From assembly GCA_002422955.1 (NCBI GenBank), contig DITY01000230.1:18745-82744 (forward strand): a stretch of 64,000 nt of DNA. The letters are read 5' to 3'. The translations under genes were made by a program, and so were the position numbers. Below the pieces are notes generated by a model. It did no database searches. It was not told the origin of the DNA and was given only the letters and a program-made list of their open reading frames with translations. This DNA comes from Planctomycetaceae bacterium UBA6172 (GTDB lineage Bacteria > Planctomycetota > Planctomycetia > Pirellulales > Pirellulaceae). Shown piece after piece: positions 17,632-28,094 of the stretch (within the stretch, counting starts at the first letter, position 1; each line of letters starts with the position of its first letter).

Positions 17632-19551
17632 TTGACTTCGCCATTTCAGAACGCGGATCCCGATCAATATTTCGATCAATTGTTGCGGTGGCTGGAGTTA
17701 GAGTCCGCCGCAGAAAGGGAGCGTCTGGTCGAACGACGCAAATTGATCGGGCGTGGGGATCTTGAGCGATCCGGCGAAACCTTAATCGACATGGTTCTGG
17801 TCGATCATCGAATCGGACTCGGTGGTCGCTACCTGCTGTCTTTTCACAAGCGGCGACAGGACGCGATGTTGCCCTGGAATCGTCTGAAGGTCGGTTCGCC
17901 TGTGGTCGTCACAGACCAGGGTACCGACGATGATTCGGGGGTGTCGGGGGTGATCAGCCGGCGTACCAGCCACCAGATTGAGGTCGCCCTGGAGACTTGG
18001 CCGTCCGGCGATCGCTTCCGCATCGATTTGTCGCCCGACGAGACGACCCGGCGGCGCCAACGAACCGCCATCGCGGAGGCTCGCCAGGTGCGGGGGCCTG
18101 CCCTGCGATTGCGTGACCGGTTGCTCGGCCTCGAGGCACCGAGATTTCAAACAGAATTACCACCGGTCACGTTTTTTAGTGAACTGAACCCCCCCCAGGG
18201 CGACGCCGTGCGGTTCTTGCTGGCGGCTAAGGATTTCGCGATCATTCACGGGCCGCCCGGTACCGGCAAGACGACAACGTTGGCCGAATTCATTTATCAG
18301 GTGGTCCGTCTCGGCCAGCGCGTGTTGGCGTGCGCCGCGAGCAATACCGCGGTCGATAATCTCTTAGAAAAGTTGATCCGAAGTACCCCCGGAGTCGTTC
18401 GGGTCGGTCACCCGGCCAGGGTATTCGAATCCTTGAGGGAGCACACGTTGGACGAGCGGGTTCGCTTCCACCCGAGTTCCCGGATCGCGGATGACCTGAT
18501 GCGTCAGGCGGAAGAGCTGGTCCGCTCGGCATCCAAGCCGGGACGCTCAGGGGAGGCCTGGCGGAGGGCTGGTCAGCAACGATCCGAGGCCAGGGCGCTG
18601 CAGAATCAAGCCAGGTCGCTCGAACGCCAGGCGATTCGATATGTACTCGACTCCTCGGAGGTGATTTGCACCACGACCACGCTGGACGACGATCTGTTAG
18701 GGGATCTTCACTTCGACTGGGTGGTCATCGACGAAGCTTGCCAGGCAACCGAATCGAGCGTCTGGCAGGCGGTGCTGAGGGCCGACCGGGTCGTCCTGGC
18801 TGGCGACCATTTTCAGCTCCCGCCGACCGTGCTATCGGAGGTGGCAAACCGCGAAGGCATGGGGGAGAGCCTGATGCAGCGGTTGGTCGAGCGGTTCGGT
18901 CAGAACGTGTGTCGCCGACTGACCGTGCAATATCGTATGCATGAAGAGATCATGCGTTTCTCGTCGCAGCAGTTTTACGAGTCGTCGCTGATTGCGGACC
19001 ACTCGGTGCGCGGCCGTCGGCTGTGTGATTTGCCGAACGTTGTGACAACCGAATTGACCGCAAAGCCCGCAATTTTTATCGATACGGCAGGCGCGGGCTT
19101 CGATGAGGAGCTAGAACCGGACGGGCTGAGCAAGCGGAATCCGCAGGAGGCGAAGTTGGTCTTGTCGCTGGTGCGGTACTTGACCGATCGGGGTCTAACG
19201 GGAGACCAAATCGCGATCATCGCCCCTTACGCGGCCCAGGTCCGCTTGCTCCGCTCGAGATTGAATCTTGAGGGTCTTGAAGTGGACACGGTGGACGGAT
19301 TCCAAGGCCGCGAAAAAGAAGCGGTCATCGTGACACTGGTGCGCAGCAACGACCGCGGAGAAATCGGCTTTCTGAGTGATACTCGGCGAACCAATGTAGC
19401 CCTGACCCGAGCCAAACGCTGTCTGATCGTGATCGGCGACAGCGCCACCCTCGGGCGGCACCCGTTTTACTCGGATCTGCTCGGATACTTCGAATCGGTA
19501 GACGGCTATGAAACCGTCTGGAACGAATCGTTGTGGCAGGGACCCGAATAA
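17632..19551 (+). CDS. superfamily 1B helicase, Upf1/IGHMBP2 (DNA2/NAM7)-like
   Basis: Walker A GPPGTGKTT, motif II VVIDEACQATE, GDHFQLPPTV, QYRMH, TVDGFQGREKEAVIV and TNVALTRAKR. The TTG start at 17632 is uncertain. Confidence 0.85.
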   Translation: MTSPFQNADPDQYFDQLLRWLELESAAERERLVERRKLIGRGDLERSGETLIDMVLVDHRIGLGGRYLLSFHKRRQDAMLPWNRLKVGSPVVVTDQGTDDDSGVSGVISRRTSHQIEVALETWPSGDRFRIDLSPDETTRRRQRTAIAEARQVRGPALRLRDRLLGLEAPRFQTELPPVTFFSELNPPQGDAVRFLLAAKDFAIIHGPPGTGKTTTLAEFIYQVVRLGQRVLACAASNTAVDNLLEKLIRSTPGVVRVGHPARVFESLREHTLDERVRFHPSSRIADDLMRQAEELVRSASKPGRSGEAWRRAGQQRSEARALQNQARSLERQAIRYVLDSSEVICTTTTLDDDLLGDLHFDWVVIDEACQATESSVWQAVLRADRVVLAGDHFQLPPTVLSEVANREGMGESLMQRLVERFGQNVCRRLTVQYRMHEEIMRFSSQQFYESSLIADHSVRGRRLCDLPNVVTTELTAKPAIFIDTAGAGFDEELEPDGLSKRNPQEAKLVLSLVRYLTDRGLTGDQIAIIAPYAAQVRLLRSRLNLEGLEVDTVDGFQGREKEAVIVTLVRSNDRGEIGFLSDTRRTNVALTRAKRCLIVIGDSATLGRHPFYSDLLGYFESVDGYETVWNESLWQGPE

Positions 19552-19562
19552 ACGAGAGCCGA

Positions 19563-19784
19563 CTATTTCTTCTTCTTGCCGCCCTTCTTCTCGTCAGCTT
19601 CTTCCTTCTTGACCTTCTTTTTCTTCTTCAAAGAGATCTTGAGGACGCGGACCTTGGCCATGCCGACGACGTTCATCTCGTCGCTCCAGCGGTCCAATTC
19701 CTTGAGCCGGCTGATTCTCTCGGCGCGGGTCAAAACGTTGCGTGACTTGATTGCCCCGGCTTGCACCTTGAGGCTACGATCCAT
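19563..19784 (-). CDS. small basic protein (TIGR04137-like) with a Lys-rich tail
   Basis: MDRSLKVQAGAIKSRNVLTRAERISRLKELDRW... resembles the conserved 'small basic protein' family. The C-terminus is KKKKKVKKEEADEKKGGKKKK. ORF 19563-19817 opens with a GTG that lies inside a hairpin, so I prefer the ATG at 19784 (or 19790). Confidence 0.6.
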   Translation of the reverse strand: MDRSLKVQAGAIKSRNVLTRAERISRLKELDRWSDEMNVVGMAKVRVLKISLKKKKKVKKEEADEKKGGKKKK

Positions 19785-20065
19785 GGTCATGGCGAAAATG
19801 GCTCCGGCAATTGCCACCGGTCATCCGGTGGTCATGTGGTCAGATTTTCGTCGGTTGGGCCGATGGGCCTTCCGCGCGACGGGCTCACAGGATAGGGTTT
19901 CGGTCGTTTCTCGGCAACGGGTTAATTTGGCTTGTGACTCGTTTTTGGTTCACCGATTGAGAATTTTTCCGACCCCGGCCCCTCTGTTCATATGATGGGC
20001 CTGAATTTTCCTTCCCTCTCCCTGATCAATCGGAAGCCATTCTGAACTGGTTATCGTCCCGGCAG

Positions 20066-21478
20066 TTGGTCGCTCATGCGGCCTTGATCGCAGATTTAGC
20101 GGAGGAGCGACTTTCCGCAAAATCCCTTACCCGTCTGAGGGCCGATTGGGGAGGCGATGCCGCCAGATTGTTCGCCAGCGTGGCCAGCCAGCAACTCCGG
20201 GCCCGCGCTAAGTTTGGCCCGGGCGTTTGGCTGGCAACCGCGAGATCGATTGCCCAGGCTACGGATCGGCAAGTAGCGCGTTACAAGGCTTCGCTTTTCG
20301 GACGAAGCGTTGTCTTCGACCTGTGTGGGGGGATCGGCGGGGATGCCCTGGAATTGGCTCGCCGTGGTCCGTTGGTCACGATCGATCTGGACCCCCAAGT
20401 GTCTGCCATGGCCGCAGCCAATCTGGTGTTGGATCGTCGTGCCTGGTCGGAGTCGGGTCCGGTTGCCACCGAATCGGCGGGCGGGGCAGCAGTCGCCGTC
20501 ATCTCGGCGGATGTCACTCGATATCCTCTGCCGCCCGATGTTTCCGTCCATATCGATCCGGACCGTCGTCCCCGAGGCTTCAAAGACAGCCATGGCAACT
20601 CGAGGCGATCCGGCAAGCGACCCAAGCGGCTGCAAGCGAGTGGGGATGAGGGACGAACGTCCCGAGTCGTGAGCCCTTCCCTTTATCAACCCACGCTTTC
20701 GCAGGTCGCCGATTGGCTTCCAGGGCGGCCCTCCTGGATCGTCAAGCTGGCCCCTGCAGCCCAGTTGGAACACGAGGCAGAGGCGGAGGAGTTGTTAAGG
20801 GTGGGGCACCGACAGTGGATCAGTTTCGACGGCAGTGTGAGGGAGCAATCGCTGCTGGGAGGAAGCGTTATTGCAGTGGCAGGCGGCGCACCTGGCGGCC
20901 GGTCGGCGGTCCGGGTGTATCGCGATTCGACGATCTGCCGTTTTGCGGTCGACGCCGCCACTTCGCGAGATCTTGCGTCCATCGATCGCTCCGTTTTATC
21001 GGTCATTCAGCCTCCGGCTCTGATTTTTGACTTCGATCCTGCAATTCGTGCGGCGGGGCTGTCGGCAAGTTTTGCACTCCAGCAAGGCTGGGTCTGTCTC
21101 GGCGGGCCTGGCGGCTTCTGGGGTGGGGACTCGCTTTCGCAGGATTTGGGGTGGGTGCAGTGCTACGAAACCCTTTGGGCTGGGCCGCTCGATTTCCGTC
21201 GTATCCGCGAGCGACTTCGGCTTCATGGCCTGGAGGTTCAGACGGTTAAAGTTCGAGGGACGGATCACGATCCCGAACAGGTGCTCCGACAACTGCGGGA
21301 ATCGAATCGCAGGTCCCACCGACCGCCCCGCGGTACTGATCGTCACCCCCAGGACGGCGAAGTCGAGTCGGACGCGGCCACAGACCGACTATCGAGACAG
21401 GTAACACTCCTGATCGGGCGGCACAGCCAAGGTGCCTATGCCGTCATCGGGCGGCGGTGGTCGTCAACCACACGCTGA
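20066..21478 (+). CDS. class I SAM-dependent methyltransferase with a THUMP-like C-terminal domain
   Basis: SAM motif I VVFDLCGGIGGDALELARRG. The C-terminal VKVRGTDHDPEQVLRQL...VTLLIGRHSQGAYAVIGRR resembles the THUMP-like tail of this family. There are two basic low-complexity insertions. The TTG start is uncertain. Confidence 0.6.
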   Translation: MVAHAALIADLAEERLSAKSLTRLRADWGGDAARLFASVASQQLRARAKFGPGVWLATARSIAQATDRQVARYKASLFGRSVVFDLCGGIGGDALELARRGPLVTIDLDPQVSAMAAANLVLDRRAWSESGPVATESAGGAAVAVISADVTRYPLPPDVSVHIDPDRRPRGFKDSHGNSRRSGKRPKRLQASGDEGRTSRVVSPSLYQPTLSQVADWLPGRPSWIVKLAPAAQLEHEAEAEELLRVGHRQWISFDGSVREQSLLGGSVIAVAGGAPGGRSAVRVYRDSTICRFAVDAATSRDLASIDRSVLSVIQPPALIFDFDPAIRAAGLSASFALQQGWVCLGGPGGFWGGDSLSQDLGWVQCYETLWAGPLDFRRIRERLRLHGLEVQTVKVRGTDHDPEQVLRQLRESNRRSHRPPRGTDRHPQDGEVESDAATDRLSRQVTLLIGRHSQGAYAVIGRRWSSTTR

Positions 21479-21563
21479 TCGCGTCGACGTAGGAGCCGCA
21501 AGCCGGAGCGGGCTGGATGCTCGCTCAGGTCCGGCTGGCGAGCCGGGAAGAAAACCGGTTCGG

Positions 21564-22781
21564 TCATGGCGTGGGTGGTGTTTCTTCGACCAACCGAATC
21601 GGCACCCTGAGCGTTTGCTCGCCCCGTTTCAAGGTCAACAGCACGCTGTCGCCCGCTTTTCGGTTCTCGATAGTTGACAGCAGGTCATCGACGTCGCTCA
21701 CTTTTTCGCCATCAACCTCGGTCACGATATCGGCTGTCGAATAATCGCTGCGAACCAGTTCGCCTAGCATCATTCGGTAGCGGACGACTCGAATTCCCTT
21801 GAGTCCTGCCTGTTCTGCTGGGCCACCCGGTTCCAGGGCGACTACCATCAGGCCCCGGGACGTTTCCGCGATCGATTCAATACCGATGTTGGGGCGGCGA
21901 ACCTTGCCGAATTCAATCAATTGCGAGACCACTCGGACGATGGTCGCTGATGGGATGGCGAATCCGATCCCACTATTTTCACCTACCCGGCTAGCGATGG
22001 CCGTGTTCATGCCGACGAGTTCCCCGCGGCTATTGAGTAGCGGCCCCCCCGAGTTGCCACGATTGAGCGCCGCGTCGATCTGGATGATCGATCGCATCGT
22101 ACGTTTCGACAGGCTGGGAATTGTGCGATTAAGGCTGCTGACAATTCCGGAGGTCATGGTTTGTTCCAATCCCAAGGGGCTGCCCAAGGCGAAGACCCTC
22201 TGGCCGACACGCAACCGCTCACTCCGTCCGACGCTGATTGGCCGAAGCGAGTCATCGCCGGGATTGATTTTCAAAACCGCAATGTCATTGGAGATGTCAT
22301 GGCCAACCAACGACGCGTCGTATTGTTCGCCGTCGTGCATGGTGATGATCATATGCGATGCGCCACGGATCACATGGTAATTGGTCAGGATGTGGCCTTC
22401 GTGGTCCCATACCGAACCGCTGCCACTGCCCTCACTCTGGATGACTCTCCCGACGATCGAGGTACTATCCCCGCGAGTTTCGATGTGAACCACGCTATGG
22501 TGGCACTGCTCATAGACCCCGACGGCAATCCGCTCTTCGGGCGTTAGTCCCTCCAGTTCATCCTCGTCGTCGAGCAGGCCGGTTTCGGTGGTCGGGTTCG
22601 CCATGACCACTGCATTCTGGCCATACGCCAATGAAAGTCCCCACATGCCCGCTGAGAGGGTCGGCAGGATCATGGTGACGGCCGCCAGGGTATTTCCGAA
22701 TCGAAGCATCCACGCTGAAGTCGCCAAGATGATTTCCCTCCGTGTGACCAACTCGGTTATCGTCCCCTCCGCGCCAACCAT
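21564..22781 (-). CDS. HtrA/DegP-family serine protease with a PDZ domain
   Basis: The catalytic triad contexts are TNYHVI (His), DIAVLK (Asp) and GNSGGPL (Ser). The C-terminal PDZ has GLKGIRVV...IVTEVDGEKV. The start is uncertain (alternative ATG at 22709). Confidence 0.85.
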   Translation of the reverse strand: MVGAEGTITELVTRREIILATSAWMLRFGNTLAAVTMILPTLSAGMWGLSLAYGQNAVVMANPTTETGLLDDEDELEGLTPEERIAVGVYEQCHHSVVHIETRGDSTSIVGRVIQSEGSGSGSVWDHEGHILTNYHVIRGASHMIITMHDGEQYDASLVGHDISNDIAVLKINPGDDSLRPISVGRSERLRVGQRVFALGSPLGLEQTMTSGIVSSLNRTIPSLSKRTMRSIIQIDAALNRGNSGGPLLNSRGELVGMNTAIASRVGENSGIGFAIPSATIVRVVSQLIEFGKVRRPNIGIESIAETSRGLMVVALEPGGPAEQAGLKGIRVVRYRMMLGELVRSDYSTADIVTEVDGEKVSDVDDLLSTIENRKAGDSVLLTLKRGEQTLRVPIRLVEETPPTP

Positions 22782-22914
22782 CGCGGCGGCCGAGACAAAG
22801 GGACCATAGCCAATTCATCGTCACGCGGGCAACACAGATCGGGTCTGTTTTGGGTGGTTCCAGACTTGCCTTCTGGGGGGGCGTGGTCGCGGCTTCATTA
22901 TATCCGCACCGACT

Positions 22915-24156
22915 TTATGCCCAGCCACCCAATTCGGCGGCGCGACGAACCCGGTTGATGCCGATCATGTAGGCGGCGGAGCGGAGCGATATTTGGTTCT
23001 GTTGGGCGGTCTGCCAGACATTTTCGAACGCGTCGAGCATCGTTTTGTCGAGTTCTTGTCGGACCCGATCGAGGCTCCAGCGGTAATGTTGGCGGTTCTG
23101 AACCCACTCGAAATAGCTCACCGTGACCCCCCCCGCATTCGCCAAAATATCCGGCAGGATCGTCACGCCGCGTTCGGTTAATCGCCGGTCGGCATCGGGC
23201 ATCAGCGGCTCGTTAGCTGCCTCGATGATGATTGAAGCGGAGATCTGGTCGCAGTTGTCTCCGTCGATCACGCGACCCAGGGCGGCGGGAATCAGGACGT
23301 CAATGCCCTGCAGTGTCAGTAGCGCCTTGGCGGGCAGGACCTCGCACTTGTCGTAGCCTAGGAGCGATTTGCTCGGACGATCCAAGGTGTGCCGCAGCAG
23401 GTCGGGAATATTCAGGCCATTGGGGCAGTAGTACGTGCCCGAAACGTCCCCGACCGCCACGATCGGGAACTGGGATTCGTGCAGGTATTTGGCGGCGTGA
23501 GATCCGACATTGCCGAAGCCCTGGATGGCGACTTTGGTATCTTCCGGGCGTTTCCCGATTCGCTTCACCAGTTTGGTGGTGAGGGTGCCGACCCCTCGCC
23601 CGGTCGCTTCTTCACGGCCTCGCGAGCCATACTCTTCGACCGGTTTCCCCGTGATGACCGAGGGGTTGAATCCGTGGTACTTCTCCCATTGGTTTCGAAA
23701 CCAGCTCATCACCCGATGGTCGGTTCCCATGTCGGGGGCGGGGATATCCGTGTCTGGGCCGACGATGTCGTGGATCTGGTCAACAAACGCGCGCGTCAAC
23801 CGCTCCAACTCCCGGACCGACAACGTTTTGGGATCGATCCCAATTCCGCCTTTGGCGCCGCCGTAAGGCAGGTCGACAACCGCGGTCTTCCAAGTCATCA
23901 AGCTCGCTAATGCTCGAACCTCGTCCAGGTCGACTTCGGGGTGATACCGCAAGCCTCCCTTCATCGGCCCCCGGCTTTTGTCGTGTTGGACGCGAAATCC
24001 GGTGTGCGTGGCCAGTTCGCCGTTGTCGCGCTCGAAAGTTACCTGGACTTGAACCTCACGCTGCGGCATCAGCAGCATTTCGCGAACGGACTCGCTGATT
24101 TCCAGTCGATCAGCGGCGGCATCAAAAAAGATCTTGGTCGTTTCGGATGGTTTCAT
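22915..24156 (-). CDS. gdhA: Glu/Leu/Phe/Val dehydrogenase family, glutamate dehydrogenase
   Basis: LPYGGAKGGIGIDPK catalytic-lysine motif; GFGNVG NAD(P)-binding motif; 413 aa. Confidence 0.9.
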   Translation of the reverse strand: MKPSETTKIFFDAAADRLEISESVREMLLMPQREVQVQVTFERDNGELATHTGFRVQHDKSRGPMKGGLRYHPEVDLDEVRALASLMTWKTAVVDLPYGGAKGGIGIDPKTLSVRELERLTRAFVDQIHDIVGPDTDIPAPDMGTDHRVMSWFRNQWEKYHGFNPSVITGKPVEEYGSRGREEATGRGVGTLTTKLVKRIGKRPEDTKVAIQGFGNVGSHAAKYLHESQFPIVAVGDVSGTYYCPNGLNIPDLLRHTLDRPSKSLLGYDKCEVLPAKALLTLQGIDVLIPAALGRVIDGDNCDQISASIIIEAANEPLMPDADRRLTERGVTILPDILANAGGVTVSYFEWVQNRQHYRWSLDRVRQELDKTMLDAFENVWQTAQQNQISLRSAAYMIGINRVRRAAELGGWA

Positions 24157-24391
24157 CGCGGTGAGAACTTCAGGTTCGGCTTCCGCTACGTCGGCTGCGG
24201 AGGCGGTTGGGAAAGGGGAGGACCGAGGAGTAAGGGGGTGCGACCAGGGCAGCCGGTTCGGTGCCCAGGCTTGAAACTAAACTTCAGGATAGCGAGTTTT
24301 TGCGGTTGGCGGACGCACGCTCCCGTCGTCGGCCTGGGGTTCGCAGCGCGTCCAGGGTGCCCCGCGGCCGGTCCATCGCCTCACTCGGAGG

Positions 24392-25369
24392 TTAAGGTTG
24401 GACGACTGCTGCTCTGAGCGGCAGTCCGGCTAGGCCAGCCATCAAGTTCTCGGCACAGATCTCTGCCATCGCGTCACGCGCCGCGACTGTCGCGCTGCCG
24501 ATGTGTGGCAGGATCAGGCAATTCGGTAACTCCACCAGGGGGTGGGTGGCCGGTAAAGGCTCTGGGTCGGTGACATCCAGCCCTGCCGCCATCGGCCGAC
24601 CGCGGGTTAACGCGTCCGCCAACGCCTGTTGGTCGATCACGGCCCCACGAGACGTGTTGACCAGGACTGCGGTCGTTTTCATCAACGCTAGCTGAGGGGC
24701 ACCGATCATGCCTCGCGTTTGCTCGGTCAGATCGGTGTGGATCGACACGAAATCACTCTGCCGGAGCAATTCATCCAGAGGAACCCGCCGGGCACTTCCG
24801 ATCTTCGATGTGTCCTTTTCACTGCGGGAGCTATAGATAACTTTCATGCCCCAGCCGCCGACCAGTCGTTGGGCAACGGCGAATCCGATTCGGCCAAGCC
24901 CGACGATCCCGATCGTGCGCCCAACCAGGTCACAACCCAGCCACCCGGTCGGCTCCCAGGTCAGCCATTCTCCGCGGCGGACTTGGTCGCTGGCCGGTTT
25001 CAGGTGCCTCGCGGCCGCCAGCAGTAACGCCACCGCAATGTCGGCCGTGGCGTCGGTCAGTACGTCCGGCGTATTGCCGACCGCGACACCCCGCCGACGA
25101 GCTTCCGCCAAGTCGATGTTATTAACGCCCACCGCGAAATTGCTGATCACCTTCAGTTGCGGACCCGCGGCGTCGAAAACTTCAGAGTCGATCCGATCAG
25201 AAAGCAAGGACAGGACGCCATGGCAGCCTCGGACGCCCTGAAGCAATTCCTCCCGCGTGGGTGGAAGTCGGTCGGCCCAGACAGTGCAGTCGCATTGGCT
25301 GCGGAGGTGCTCGAGGGAATGCCGCGGGATTTGGCGGGTAATAAAAACTTGCGGTCTCGTTGACGTCAT
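24392..25369 (-). CDS. D-2-hydroxyacid dehydrogenase (glyoxylate/hydroxypyruvate reductase-like)
   Basis: GIVGLGRIGFAVAQRL NAD-binding motif; catalytic contexts NTSRG and ILPHIGSAT. I prefer the ATG at 25369 (MTSTRPQVFITR) within ORF 24392-25426. Confidence 0.85.
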   Translation of the reverse strand: MTSTRPQVFITRQIPRHSLEHLRSQCDCTVWADRLPPTREELLQGVRGCHGVLSLLSDRIDSEVFDAAGPQLKVISNFAVGVNNIDLAEARRRGVAVGNTPDVLTDATADIAVALLLAAARHLKPASDQVRRGEWLTWEPTGWLGCDLVGRTIGIVGLGRIGFAVAQRLVGGWGMKVIYSSRSEKDTSKIGSARRVPLDELLRQSDFVSIHTDLTEQTRGMIGAPQLALMKTTAVLVNTSRGAVIDQQALADALTRGRPMAAGLDVTDPEPLPATHPLVELPNCLILPHIGSATVAARDAMAEICAENLMAGLAGLPLRAAVVQP

Positions 25370-25661
25370 GACGAGTCTCTTGTGAAGCCTAACAAATGGA
25401 AAAGTCGCTCGTTTCAGCCCGCCCACGAGCGGGCTGGCGAACGCCAGCGGTCGTCGAGCGCAGCTGTCTTATCTGGCGGTCGCTAATTCGCGGGATGGTT
25501 TCTACGGGGCGGATTTCGGTGTGTCCAAACCGCTGGTCATTCGGTTAGGATAAAATGGACAAATCGGCATGTGCATCCACCGGTCCGCAGTTGAGGGTGA
25601 GAATGTGTGTCGCTGGGTCGTCTTTCGTTCTCCGAGTAAATCAATCCTTCAAGGCCGTCCC

Positions 25662-27506
25662 ATGATGATGTTGAGCGATGAATCCTTGCCTTCAGGGTCG
25701 GGCGTTCAGCCGACTTCGCCCGGTGATCGCTGTCGTCTTTTTCGCAGGTCGGATGGGCCTCCGCTGAGTTTTGTCTTGTGGTGCTTGGTCGTCGGGCTCG
25801 CCATGTTCATCCCGTCAGGGTTTATTGCGGTCGCCCAGGATGCGGCAGCGACGCAGCCGGCAGCGGCAGCAGCGGATAGTGACGCGGACAAAGCGGATTC
25901 AAAACCGACCGCAGTCCCACCGGCAACTACGGATGGCCAGACGGACTTGGATGAGGCCATGATTCGCCGCATTGACGCGGAAACGCCGAAACAGCTGCAG
26001 GCGGTGATCACGCTTCTGGAATCGGCCTTGGCGAAGGGTTTGAGCGAGGAAAGTCAGGCCTTTGCAAAAAAAATGGTCGGCTCGATTCGCCTGGAGCGCG
26101 CTCAGGGAATCGTCGCCGAATTGACTCAAGGGGGTGGCGTTCGGGCCCGGCAGTTGAGGTCGGAGGCATTGCAGGCACTTCGCTCGGCGATTGAGAGCGA
26201 CGCCGGTTTGGTCGAGGCCCACTTGCTGATCGCGCGGCTTAACTTGCTTCCCGAAGGCGATCTGGAAGAAGCCCGCAGGTCGGCCGGGCGTGCGGTCGAG
26301 CTACTGGTCAAGGACCCGAAAGCGCAGAGCAATGCGTATTTGGTTCGAGCCCTCTGTCAGGCCGAAGAGGAGGCGAGGAAGGCCGACTTTGATTTAGCGG
26401 TCCAAGCCGATCCGACCAGTTCCGAGGCTCGTCAGGCCCGAGCACTGAACAGGCTACGAACCGAGGATGTCGCCGGTGCTGTCGAAGACTTTACGGTGGT
26501 TTTTAAGCAGGACCCCACCAACCAGGCCGTCGCCCAAGTGATTGTTGAGCAATTGGTCAGCTTGGGGCGAACGGACGATGCGCTCAAGCTTCTCGGTGAG
26601 GCGATTGAGGCCAGTCCGAGCGAGGGTTTGCACCGGCTCCGCGGTCTGATTTATCGTGCCGAGGGTAAGGAGGACGAAGCCTTGGCCGAGTTTGGCAAGG
26701 CGCTGGAGCTGCAACCCAAGGATGCGATCTCCCTGCTGCAGCGTGCCGAAATCTCATTGGGCCGCGGTGACGTCAAAGCCGCCAAGGGTGATTTGGAGCA
26801 AGCGATTCGGGTAGAACCGAGGGTTGCGGACAGCGTCGCCGCCGTACGCGTGCGCTGCTACATCGCCGTCGAGGAAGGCCGCTTGGCCGATGCGATCAAT
26901 GACATGTCACTTATTGTGCAGGCCAGTTCCGACGACCCGTTCTGGAAGCTGCAGTTGGCGAACCTTTACGTTCAAGACAAGCGTCCCAGAAAGGCGATCG
27001 AATTGACGAGCGAAATCCTGCAGGCCGATCCGGACAATACTTCGGCGTTGCGGACCCGCGCCGACACGTTGCTCGGATTGGGGGAGCATGCGGACGCGAT
27101 TCGGGATTATGAGCGGGCCATCGATCTCGGGGTCGATAATCCGCTGCTTCGAAGCGGCATCCTCAACAATCTTGCTTGGGTCCTAGCCACGTCGACTCAG
27201 GATGGTCTTCGCAGCGGCACGCGGGCCGTGCAGTTCGGTAAGGAGGCCGCGGAGTTGACCGAGTTCAAAGAGCCCCACATCCTCAGCACTCTCGCCGCGG
27301 CCTACGCCGAGAGCGGGGACTTCGACGAGGCCGTTAAATGGAGCGGCAAGGCGGTGGAGTTGGCCAAGGAGTTGGGCAACGAGCAATTGGAGCAACTTGA
27401 GGAAGAATTGCAGAGCTTCAAAGACAAAAAGCCGTGGCGAGAAAAGCAAGAAACCGAAGAGAATAAGGCTCCCCTGTTGCCGCCAGAAGATTTGATCGAT
27501 ACTTGA
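25662..27506 (+). CDS. membrane-anchored TPR repeat protein
   Basis: The ATG at 25662 (MMMLSDE) lies within ORF 25569-27506. There is one hydrophobic segment (FVLWCLVVGLAMFIPSGFIAVA) followed by many 34-aa TPR-like repeats (A..Y..A/F..AL...P). Confidence 0.75.
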   Translation: MMMLSDESLPSGSGVQPTSPGDRCRLFRRSDGPPLSFVLWCLVVGLAMFIPSGFIAVAQDAAATQPAAAAADSDADKADSKPTAVPPATTDGQTDLDEAMIRRIDAETPKQLQAVITLLESALAKGLSEESQAFAKKMVGSIRLERAQGIVAELTQGGGVRARQLRSEALQALRSAIESDAGLVEAHLLIARLNLLPEGDLEEARRSAGRAVELLVKDPKAQSNAYLVRALCQAEEEARKADFDLAVQADPTSSEARQARALNRLRTEDVAGAVEDFTVVFKQDPTNQAVAQVIVEQLVSLGRTDDALKLLGEAIEASPSEGLHRLRGLIYRAEGKEDEALAEFGKALELQPKDAISLLQRAEISLGRGDVKAAKGDLEQAIRVEPRVADSVAAVRVRCYIAVEEGRLADAINDMSLIVQASSDDPFWKLQLANLYVQDKRPRKAIELTSEILQADPDNTSALRTRADTLLGLGEHADAIRDYERAIDLGVDNPLLRSGILNNLAWVLATSTQDGLRSGTRAVQFGKEAAELTEFKEPHILSTLAAAYAESGDFDEAVKWSGKAVELAKELGNEQLEQLEEELQSFKDKKPWREKQETEENKAPLLPPEDLIDT

Positions 27507-27581
27507 ACCCGTCCCTTGCCCCCTGTGTTAGTCGACCGGCCCACTTTGGTAACCCAGCATCACCCAGCCCGAGCCCCAGCG

Positions 27582-28094
27582 ATGGTGGTAGCCGCCACCT
27601 CTGCAGGGGTCATCGGAAGCGATGGTGTGATGCCCTGGCACTTGGGGCGAGACTTGGGGCGTTTCAAACGCCTTACGATGGGCGGGGTGCTGCTGATGGG
27701 GCGGAAAACCTTCGATTCGATCGGGCGGCCGTTGCCGGGTCGTCAGACTATCGTGCTGTCCCGGAACCGAGAATGGCGGTACCCGGGGGTTCATGCCGTG
27801 TCATCTCCCGGGCAGGCGATGCAGCGGCTCAATCAATTGGCTTCACCGGGATTTGTGGTAGGGGGGGCCGAGATCTACCGTCTGATGATGCCCTACGTGA
27901 GCATGATTTGGCTGACCCAGGTTTGGTCGTCGGCTTCCGGTGACACGCTGATTAACTTGGACTGGCCAGAATTTTGCCTTGCGGAAGTGACTCGATTCCC
28001 CCAGACGGGGCGGGATTCCGCTCCAACTGAGCTCCAAAAGTGGGTCCGCGGAAAAAAATCCGCTTTTAAATTGCCGGTCCCCATTGAGTCCTAG
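27582..28094 (+). CDS. folA: dihydrofolate reductase
   Basis: MVVAATSAGVIGSDGVMPWHLGRDLGRFKRLTMGGVLLMGRKTFDSIGRPLPGRQTIVLSR is a canonical DHFR N-terminus. The ATG at 27582 lies within ORF 27516-28094. Confidence 0.9.
   Translation: MVVAATSAGVIGSDGVMPWHLGRDLGRFKRLTMGGVLLMGRKTFDSIGRPLPGRQTIVLSRNREWRYPGVHAVSSPGQAMQRLNQLASPGFVVGGAEIYRLMMPYVSMIWLTQVWSSASGDTLINLDWPEFCLAEVTRFPQTGRDSAPTELQKWVRGKKSAFKLPVPIES

Noticed and set aside
17059-19551. I considered the GrpB (nucleotidyltransferase fold) plus Upf1-like SF1 helicase pair as a possible defence module (for example Mokosh-like).
   Set aside because: There is no nuclease/PLD, TIR or other effector partner, and no mobile-element or island context. 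The roughly 640-aa IGHMBP2-type helicase architecture is widely conserved as a single housekeeping-type gene. Adjacency alone is not enough support.
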